Assembly (NCBI GenBank): GCA_042850255.1
Contig: AP031373.1
Span: 600,001-632,000 of the forward strand
DNA from: Nanobdellota archaeon
Lineage (GTDB): Archaea; Nanobdellota; Nanobdellia; Nanobdellales; Nanobdellaceae
Reading direction: 5' to 3'
DNA: 32,000 nucleotides
The translations under genes were made by a program, and so were the position numbers. Each line of letters starts with the position of its first letter. Position 1 is the first letter of the stretch. The notes beneath the pieces are model-generated. The model saw only the letters and a list, made by a program, of their open reading frames with translations, did no database searches and had not been told where the DNA came from. Below, one piece after another: positions 24,974 through 32,000 of the stretch.

Positions 24974-25194
24974 TTTTTATTATTATTTGATTTTATCATT
25001 TCAGCCATAGCATTATAATATATAAGTAAGATTTTTTAATTTTAAGACTTAATCATGGGAAAAATTTCCGAAAATTCCTTATTCTTAATTATATGGATAC
25101 TATGTATTAAAAGTTTTCTATTTATAAATTTTTGTTTACCTTGGATATTCTAAGTAAACAAGTATTTATAAATAATTGTTTCCTTAATATACTT

Positions 25195-26442
25195 ATGGTA
25201 AACGATTTAAAGGAAAGATTATTATTATGGAAAGAATGGGAACCACCTAAATTAATAGAAAGAGATATAAGATTACCTGAAGGAAATGATATAATTGCAA
25301 TTATTGGACCTAGAAGATCTGGAAAAACTTATTTAATGTTCCAAATAATTAAAAATTTAATAAATAATGGTGTACCAAAAGAAAATATATTATACATAAA
25401 TTTTGATGATATTGTTTTTAGAAAATATGATTTAAATAAAATATTTGAAACTTATTTTGAACTATTTAATCCAAAAGGAAATATATATTTATTTTTTGAT
25501 GAAGTCCAAGAATTAAAAGATTATCCAGTATGGTTAAGGACTTTACATGATAGAGGATACAAAATATTTATTACAGGATCTTCATCAAAACTAATGATTA
25601 AAGAAATAAGTAAAGAATTGAGGGGTAGATATATTTCAAAAATACTTTTACCATTTTCTTTTAAAGAATTTCTAAAATTAAAGAATTTTAAATTTGAAGA
25701 TACTTCAGAAAAAAGAGGAAAAATAAAAAATTTATTGCTAGAATATTTAAAATTTGGGGGTTTTCCAGAAGTATTATTAATTGAAAATAATATAGATAAA
25801 ATAGAAAAACTAAATTCTATATATGAAACAACATTTTATAGAGATTTTGTAGAAAGATATAAAATTAGGGAAATAAATATTGCAAAGGAATTATTAGAAT
25901 ATTTAATATCAAATATATCTAATTTTATATCAATATCTAGAATTTATAATATATTTAAATCTATAAATATTAATGTTTCTAAAAGAACATTATGGAAATA
26001 TTATAATTATATTCTAGAAAGTTTAATATTATTTGAATCAAGGTTATATACTTATTCTAAAAGAAAAGAAATAATAAATCCTAGAAAAATATATGTAAAT
26101 GATCTAGGTATTGCAAACTTATTTAAAGATTATGAAATCGGATATTTAATGGAAAATTTAGTATATTTAGAATTATTTAGAAAAGGTATAGAACCAAATT
26201 ATTTAAAAATAAATGGTAAAGAAATAGATTTTCTATATAAGGAAAATAATTTGTTAAAATTAATAGAGGTTACATATGAAGTTGATGAGGAACATATAAA
26301 TAAAGTAAAAAAAGCTTTAGATTTTTTAAAGATTAGTGAAAGTTTAATTATTAGTTGGAATGAAGAAAATGAAATAAAATATAATAATAAAAAAATAAAT
26401 ATTATTCCTTTATGGAAATTTTTATTAAATACTACTTTATAG
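25195..26442 (+). CDS. AAA+ ATPase of the AAA_14/DUF4143 (COG1373-like) family, copy A
   Basis: Walker A IIGPRRSGKTY, Walker B LFFDEVQ, ITGSSS, LRGR, GGFPE, ERYKI. C-terminal nuclease-like EIDFL...LIEVTY and IIPLWKFLLN. Start moved from the TTG at 25132 to ATG 25195 by alignment with copy B. TATA-like gtatttataaat lies about 25 nt upstream. Confidence 0.85.
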   Translation: MVNDLKERLLLWKEWEPPKLIERDIRLPEGNDIIAIIGPRRSGKTYLMFQIIKNLINNGVPKENILYINFDDIVFRKYDLNKIFETYFELFNPKGNIYLFFDEVQELKDYPVWLRTLHDRGYKIFITGSSSKLMIKEISKELRGRYISKILLPFSFKEFLKLKNFKFEDTSEKRGKIKNLLLEYLKFGGFPEVLLIENNIDKIEKLNSIYETTFYRDFVERYKIREINIAKELLEYLISNISNFISISRIYNIFKSININVSKRTLWKYYNYILESLILFESRLYTYSKRKEIINPRKIYVNDLGIANLFKDYEIGYLMENLVYLELFRKGIEPNYLKINGKEIDFLYKENNLLKLIEVTYEVDEEHINKVKKALDFLKISESLIISWNEENEIKYNNKKINIIPLWKFLLNTTL

Positions 26443-27370
26443 AAAAATAGTATATTCCTATATCATTAGCATAATTTGATACATTTCCTGGTACTATATA
26501 TTCTATTACTCCATTTACTGGTTCTATTTCCAAAATTGGTTCTGGATTTATAGGTTCTATTAATATACCCTGAGAAAATAAAATATTATTATAGTAATAA
26601 GATATAAGTTTTGGAATATATTCTATTACATTATTATAATCTATGTAATATTGTTTTATTATTGTAAATGTTATAGAATAATTATTTGTTGTTGTAATAT
26701 TTATAACATATATATTTTGTTTTATTTCCAATGGTTGTAAAATTATTTGTGTATTATTTCCTAATATTTTTTCTAAAATATTTTTTATTTCATTTTCTAT
26801 ACTTTGATTATTATTATATAATAAATAACTTTGCTGATATATTATACTAACATTATTTATATATTGTATTGGAATAATACTTTCTATTTCACCTTCTATA
26901 CCCAAATTTTCCAATATATTTTCTATATTTTCTGTAACATTTTCTGGAGCTTCTGGTATATTAGTTAAGGAAGAAAAAGATATAACATTTAGCGTAAATT
27001 CTTTTTGTAATGGTAAAATAACGGACCTATTTCCAGATATCAGTTCTAAATATTCAAATGTATATATATTTGAATTAGAAATAAAAAATATAGCATTATA
27101 ATCTTTATAATTATTTGTATAAAAGTCTACACTACAAAAAGATTGATTATTATTTGTTATTAAACATAATTTATTTACATTATTTATATTTAAATTTATT
27201 GGATAATTTGGAGAAATATATATTTCAATATATGGATTCCATTGTTGATAATTTAATATTGTATTTGGACCTGATACTATTATACTTGGAGGAGACCATA
27301 AAGGAAATATTATTGTTAATATAAATAATATACCTGCTATAGGAATACCTAAATATTTTTTAATTTCCAT
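26432..27370 (-). CDS. secreted or membrane-anchored Asn/Ile-rich protein
   Basis: N-terminal anchor GIPIAGILFILTIIFPLW, many N-x-S/T sequons, no family recognised. Divergent from 27422..29554. Confidence 0.55.
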   Translation of the reverse strand: MEIKKYLGIPIAGILFILTIIFPLWSPPSIIVSGPNTILNYQQWNPYIEIYISPNYPINLNINNVNKLCLITNNNQSFCSVDFYTNNYKDYNAIFFISNSNIYTFEYLELISGNRSVILPLQKEFTLNVISFSSLTNIPEAPENVTENIENILENLGIEGEIESIIPIQYINNVSIIYQQSYLLYNNNQSIENEIKNILEKILGNNTQIILQPLEIKQNIYVINITTTNNYSITFTIIKQYYIDYNNVIEYIPKLISYYYNNILFSQGILIEPINPEPILEIEPVNGVIEYIVPGNVSNYANDIGIYYFSIK

Positions 27371-27421
27371 TGTTTTTTTATTCTCAAAAAAATATAAAAG
27401 TATTATAATGAAACATATTTT

Positions 27422-29554
27422 ATGAATATTAATAAAATAAAGTTATTATTAAAATCCGAATATTTTTATCTATTTTTAGTAGTTTTATTATTATCTATAG
27501 ATATTACAAGATTTGGAAATATTTATAATATAGATCCAGATATTTTTCCATATTTTAACAATATAGTTTCATATAAATATTTTTTATCAACATTCTATAA
27601 TTATAATCCTTGGTTAGGTAATATAAATAATTTTAGCATAGTTTCTTTTATTTCTTCATTTCCCTTATTTTTATTTTCTCATATAATATTATCTTTTTTC
27701 TTTCTTTATTTATTTTTATCATTCATAGGATCAATATTTGTTTATAAAATGGTAAAGGAAATTATTGGAGATAATTCTATTTATTCAAAAATATCTGGTA
27801 TTTTATCAGTTATATTTTATATTATTGCTCCTCAATTTTTTAATTTAACTTATGGAGATCCTTTAGGTATATATCAATATTATACAATACCGATTTTTTT
27901 ATATTCTATAAGAAAATATTTTGTTTCAAATTTTAAAGAAAGTATTGGATGGTTTTTTATATTTATACTTACTGGACTGTTATTATTTTATTATAATATC
28001 CCCGTTTATGCACTACCATTTTTTATATTATTTTTAATATTTTTCATATATTATTCTATAGTTTCTATAAGGAAAAAATATTTTGGTAGAGTTATTTTAT
28101 TATTATCTTTAATTTTTGGATTCTTTTTTATTAAATATTCATTTATTATCTATGAATATAATTTATATACAAGTAATATGCATTTTTTAAGAACATCTTT
28201 CCAATTCTGGATGGGAAATTCACAATCTTTACCTTTATTAACAACATTAACGGGAAATCATATATTTTATAATCCATTATATCAATATATATTTATTTTT
28301 ATCTTACCAATAATTTATTCTTTTATAATTTTAAATAAAAAAGTATCTAAAAATAAAGAAATATTATTTTTCTTTATTTCATTTCTAATATTTACATTTT
28401 TATATTCAATGCCGAATGTTCCTTTTTCATCATTTTGGGAAAATTTATTTTATAAATATCCAATAATGGTTGATTTAAGGACTCAATATATTATTATAGC
28501 ACCATTCCAAGGATTTTTAATGGTATATTTAATTGGATTTGGTATTTATGGAATATTAGATTATATAAAAGATAAATTAGGTAAAATTAAAAAATATATA
28601 ATTTATATTTTATTACCAATAATTATTTTAGGATCAAATGCAGATTTAGTATTATTTGGAAGTCCAAGTATTGTTTATATTCCTTCTCAATTTTTAAATA
28701 CAGTTAATTATATTAATTCTCATACAAGTTATACAAATAATGTTATAATCTATCCAATATTTGTTACAGAAAATAGTGAAACCTGGTATAAAGGTAATAA
28801 TATATTTTCATTATTTTTAAAGCCAAATACAATTTTAGGTGGATATTATTATAGTGTTAATAGTTATATTGAAAATATAATTTATAGCGAATATATGAAT
28901 ATTTATAATTCAGATACTTCAAAAAATGCAATAAATTATAATAAAAATTTCTTTTATTTATTTAATGTAAAATATATAATATTTGAAAAGGATGCTATAA
29001 ATACAACAATATTACCAATATATCCATATACATATTTTGTTAATAATACAGTTTCTGGTTTAAATAATTATCAAAATTTAGGAATTATTTCTCTAGTTTA
29101 TAATAATTCATTATATTCAGTTTATTCAACAAATACTAATTCTTCTCTAATATTTTTATCTTATAATAATTATCCAATTGATTATTTATTAAATTCAGAT
29201 AATATTACTGGATTATTAATACCATTAGAAATAGAATATATTTCTCCAATAGAGTATAAAGTAGATATAGATCCTGAATATCTGGATAAAAAAGTATATT
29301 TATATTTTATGATTCCTTATGTAAATGGTTGGAATATTGAAGGAGGAGAATTATTAAATGAAACAAATTATTATGGATATACGCAATTTATTATTATTCC
29401 TGAAAATAATACAATAATACTCTATAATCCTTTAATACAAAATTCAATAAATAAAGGGTTATTGGAAGTATTTTTAGAAATATTATTACCTTTAATATTG
29501 TCTGGAATATTATATAAATTTAGAAATAAAATACCTGAAATAAAATATTTTTGA
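27422..29554 (+). CDS. 710-aa polytopic membrane protein, GT-C glycosyltransferase-like architecture
   Basis: More than 10 hydrophobic helices in the first 420 aa or so. The first loop has YNIDPDIFPYFNN (a D-x-D-type acidic motif). There is a sequon-rich soluble domain of about 260 aa and a final TM, LLEVFLEILLPLILSGILY. Confidence 0.5.
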   Translation: MNINKIKLLLKSEYFYLFLVVLLLSIDITRFGNIYNIDPDIFPYFNNIVSYKYFLSTFYNYNPWLGNINNFSIVSFISSFPLFLFSHIILSFFFLYLFLSFIGSIFVYKMVKEIIGDNSIYSKISGILSVIFYIIAPQFFNLTYGDPLGIYQYYTIPIFLYSIRKYFVSNFKESIGWFFIFILTGLLLFYYNIPVYALPFFILFLIFFIYYSIVSIRKKYFGRVILLLSLIFGFFFIKYSFIIYEYNLYTSNMHFLRTSFQFWMGNSQSLPLLTTLTGNHIFYNPLYQYIFIFILPIIYSFIILNKKVSKNKEILFFFISFLIFTFLYSMPNVPFSSFWENLFYKYPIMVDLRTQYIIIAPFQGFLMVYLIGFGIYGILDYIKDKLGKIKKYIIYILLPIIILGSNADLVLFGSPSIVYIPSQFLNTVNYINSHTSYTNNVIIYPIFVTENSETWYKGNNIFSLFLKPNTILGGYYYSVNSYIENIIYSEYMNIYNSDTSKNAINYNKNFFYLFNVKYIIFEKDAINTTILPIYPYTYFVNNTVSGLNNYQNLGIISLVYNNSLYSVYSTNTNSSLIFLSYNNYPIDYLLNSDNITGLLIPLEIEYISPIEYKVDIDPEYLDKKVYLYFMIPYVNGWNIEGGELLNETNYYGYTQFIIIPENNTIILYNPLIQNSINKGLLEVFLEILLPLILSGILYKFRNKIPEIKYF

Positions 29555-29578
29555 AAATATTAAACAAAATATAATAAT

Positions 29579-29920
29579 ATGGAACAAAAACAAATTCAAT
29601 CTGAGATATTAAATAAAATTAAACAAATTATCTTAGATACTGCTAATAATTATAATATTAAAATAAATAAAATTATATTATTTGGATCTAGGGCTAGAGG
29701 CGATTATAGAGAAGATTCCGATTGGGATATATTAATTATAACTGAAGATAAATTAGATAGAAAAATAGAAAAGGATTTTTATTCAGATGTATCATGGGAA
29801 CTTACTACAGACGATATAATTCCAGCAATAATAATTGTTTCAAAAGAAGAATTTGAGAAATATAAAGATTTAAAAGGTTTTATATATTATTGGGCAGATA
29901 AAGAAGGTATAATACTATGA
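29579..29920 (+). CDS. minimal nucleotidyltransferase (MNT)
   Basis: ILFGSRARGDYREDSDWDILIITED (GSxxRG ... DxD). 113 aa. The stop overlaps the HEPN start (ATGA). Confidence 0.85.
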   Translation: MEQKQIQSEILNKIKQIILDTANNYNIKINKIILFGSRARGDYREDSDWDILIITEDKLDRKIEKDFYSDVSWELTTDDIIPAIIIVSKEEFEKYKDLKGFIYYWADKEGIIL

Positions 29921-30297
29921 AAGAAGATACGAGAGGATTATTAATAATTGCAGAAGATGATCTAAAAGTAGCTAAAGATAATTATAAATTAAATAATTAT
30001 GTAGTAGTTACATTTCATTGCCAACAATCTGTAGAAAAATATTTGAAGGCATATTTAAATTATAAAACAGGATTTCACCCATTTGTTAATTCTATAACTT
30101 ACTTAATAAAGAAATGTATGAAATTAGATAAAGATTTTGAATATTTAAAAGATATAAAAGCAAATATATTGGAAGAATATTATATTGCATATATGTATCC
30201 AACTTTGATGAAAATTACTGAAGAAGATGCAAAAGAATCAATAGATATTGCAGAAAAAGTAAGAGAATTTATATTAAAGAAATTAAATATTCAATAA
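29917..30297 (+). CDS. HEPN domain protein (classical HEPN family partner of MNT)
   Basis: LIIAEDDLKVAKDN, FHCQQSVEKYLKAYL, LEEYYIAYMYP (cognate of L..YYIPTRYP). 126 aa. Confidence 0.75.
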   Translation: MKEDTRGLLIIAEDDLKVAKDNYKLNNYVVVTFHCQQSVEKYLKAYLNYKTGFHPFVNSITYLIKKCMKLDKDFEYLKDIKANILEEYYIAYMYPTLMKITEEDAKESIDIAEKVREFILKKLNIQ

Positions 30298-31539
30298 CCA
30301 TTTCCATAAGGGTATAAATTTTATTTTTCCTTTTTTATTAAACCACGAAATTTCTTTCTCATCTTCATAATCCCAAGTTATTATTATTAATTCTGGATTA
30401 TGTTCTTTAAATAAATCATATCCATGTATTAATGATCTGATTTCTCTTTTATCTATTTCATCATAATTATTTGCATATGTTACATTAATTAATTTAGTTA
30501 TTTCATTATTTTCCTTTATTAAAAAATCAATTTCATATTCATTAGTTTGAAAATAATAAATATTATCCATTAAACCTTTTCTAATAAATTCCAAAAATAC
30601 AATATTTTCCATCTTTCTTCCAATTCCATTTTCTTCCAAATCTAATGATGTATCTGATAAATATACTTTTGGTTTTGATAAATAGGATTTTTTAATAGAA
30701 TAAGAAAATTTTCTTAATAAAAATATAGATAATGTTTCTGGAAGTAAATAAATATATTTCCTTATTGTTTTATTACTAACTTCAGTTATTTGCTTTAATT
30801 GTTTATATATTTTATTTATTGATAATATATTACCATTTGATTGTATTAATGAATACAATAAAAATCTTGCAACTTCTGTATTTTCTATTTTATATCTTTC
30901 AATAAAATCTTTATATAATACTACATTAATATATTCTTTTACAAATTCTTTTTTACTTATTTTTTCTAATACAATATCTGGAAATCCTCCATTTTTTATA
31001 TAATCATATAAATATCCTTCAATTTTTGATATTTCTCTATTATACAAAGGTTCTTTTATATTTATTTTTTTAAATAATAAATATTCTCTAAAAGATAAAG
31101 GTAGTAATATTTTATCAATAAATCTTCCCCTTAAATTTGTAGCAATTTCTTTTGATAATAATTTTGATGAAGAACCTGTAACAATTATTTTATATTTTTT
31201 TCTTTCTACTAATGAATATAAAAAATTTTCCCAATTATTTAAACTTTGTACTTCATCCAAAAATATATATTCAGGTTCTTTTTTATATATTTCTATATGT
31301 TCATTAATAATATCCATAGGATTAATATTTCTTACTTCATAATCTTCAAAATTTACAAATAAATAATCTTCTTCCTTTAAATTTAATTTTTTAATTAAAT
31401 AATATAAGTAAAAACTTTTACCAGATCTTCTAGGTCCTATAATTACTGTAGGATAATTAATATTTATTTCTAATTCTCTAGGATAAACATTTAATTCATT
31501 AACTTCCCTTTTTACTCCTATTAAATAATCTTTAATCAT
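30283..31539 (-). CDS. AAA+ ATPase of the AAA_14/DUF4143 (COG1373-like) family, copy B
   Basis: Walker A VIIGPRRSGKSF, Walker B IFLDEVQ, VTGSSS, LRGR, GGFPD, ERYKI, EIDFL...LINVTY, FIPLWKWLLNI. Confidence 0.85.
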   Translation of the reverse strand: MIKDYLIGVKREVNELNVYPRELEININYPTVIIGPRRSGKSFYLYYLIKKLNLKEEDYLFVNFEDYEVRNINPMDIINEHIEIYKKEPEYIFLDEVQSLNNWENFLYSLVERKKYKIIVTGSSSKLLSKEIATNLRGRFIDKILLPLSFREYLLFKKINIKEPLYNREISKIEGYLYDYIKNGGFPDIVLEKISKKEFVKEYINVVLYKDFIERYKIENTEVARFLLYSLIQSNGNILSINKIYKQLKQITEVSNKTIRKYIYLLPETLSIFLLRKFSYSIKKSYLSKPKVYLSDTSLDLEENGIGRKMENIVFLEFIRKGLMDNIYYFQTNEYEIDFLIKENNEITKLINVTYANNYDEIDKREIRSLIHGYDLFKEHNPELIIITWDYEDEKEISWFNKKGKIKFIPLWKWLLNI

Positions 31540-31575
31540 TATATATTATTATATTAAAAATAATATAAATTTATT

Positions 31576-31617
31576 CCATAAGGGAACAATTTTTCTAAAT
31601 TTTTTAATCCCTTATGG
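31576..31617. repeat. perfect 10-bp inverted repeat CCATAAGGGA / TCCCTTATGG with 22-nt spacer
   Basis: Arms at 31576-31585 and 31608-31617, read directly from the sequence. It lies in the divergent intergenic region between ATPase copy B and the next ATPase gene. Confidence 0.75.
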
Positions 31618-31664
31618 TATAAAAATACAATAAAAATTATATTGAATATTAACGATTATATTAT

Positions 31665-32000
31665 ATGTCAAACTTTATAGAAAAGGTACATATAGAAAAT
31701 TTTAAATCAATAGATAGTATTGACTTAAATTGTAAAAGAATTAATATTTTTATTGGTCCTCCAGGTTCTGGTAAATCAAATATTTTAGAAGCAATTGGAT
31801 TAATATCAAAATATACTTTAGATAAATTTCCTGAATCCATTAGAATACCAAAATATAAAGGAGACAATGAAATAGTATATAGAGAAATGTTTAATTATAA
31901 ATATTTAGTTGTTAATTCTGATCCTGTAAAAATAAGGATTAATGATGGAGAATTAAATATATATGAAAATGTAGTTTTATATAAATTAGATTATGTTAGA
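31665..32000 (+). CDS. SMC/RecF/OLD-like ABC-type ATPase, N-terminal fragment (runs off window)
   Basis: Not in the ORF track because it has no stop in the window. ATG 31665 is open to 32000 (112 codons): MSNFIEKVHIENFKSIDSIDLNCKRINIFIGPPGSGKSNILEAIGL, the typical I.NFKS...G.NGSGKSN.LEA N-terminus. The minus-strand ORF 31661..31867 is its shadow. Confidence 0.7.
   Translation, partial: MSNFIEKVHIENFKSIDSIDLNCKRINIFIGPPGSGKSNILEAIGLISKYTLDKFPESIRIPKYKGDNEIVYREMFNYKYLVVNSDPVKIRINDGELNIYENVVLYKLDYVR

Noticed and set aside
27422-29554. Calling the 710-aa membrane protein the oligosaccharyltransferase AglB/STT3.
   Set aside because: No WWDYG-type motif is visible (the closest is ETWYKGNN), and the external domain has no recognisable AglB features. 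Only the generic GT-C-like architecture is supported.
1-32000. Search for CRISPR arrays, rRNA genes, SRP or RNase P RNA, integrases, transposases or tRNA-fragment att sites.
   Set aside because: No regularly spaced direct repeats were seen. There are no G+C-rich islands other than the two tRNAs. No partial copies of the tRNA 3' halves and no recombinase-like ORFs were found.

Overview
This is a very AT-rich (about one fifth to one quarter G+C by eye), extremely compact archaeal chromosome segment. Archaeal identity rests on ribosomal proteins uS11, uS15 and a probable eS26, archaeal-type PheRS alpha and beta, the KEOPS kinase Bud32, an RNase P Rpp30-like protein, archease, RtcA, an intron-containing tRNA and a C/D box sRNA. 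The only G+C-rich islands are two tRNA genes. Together with heavily N-glycosylation-sequon-laden surface proteins, that pattern fits a thermophilic, reduced-genome archaeon (DPANN/Nanoarchaeota-like or an AT-rich TACK lineage). The lineage cannot be proven from this window.

Positions 1-25 kb are mostly housekeeping genes with several unannotatable small or membrane ORFs. Positions 25-32 kb look accessory.

Observations most worth follow-up:
1. 25.2-32 kb: an island in which two diverged, inverted AAA+/DUF4143-type ATPase paralogs bracket a cassette (secreted protein, 710-aa polytopic membrane protein, MNT, HEPN). It is followed by a perfect palindrome built from relics of the ATPase C-terminal 'PLW' codons and by an SMC/OLD-like ATPase gene cut by the window edge.
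2. 13.3-17.1 kb: a two-gene operon for giant sequon-dense surface proteins with LamG-like and DUF2341-like domains.
3. 10920-10975: an unannotated C/D box sRNA.
4. 3544-4892: a tandem ectodomain duplication whose second copy lies in frame behind the stop codon and is decaying.
5. 20260-20919: a protein that looks like an internally duplicated RelE/ParE-like fold.

No rRNA, CRISPR array, cas gene, integrase or transposase was recognised. All family assignments come from motif reading by eye, not database searches.
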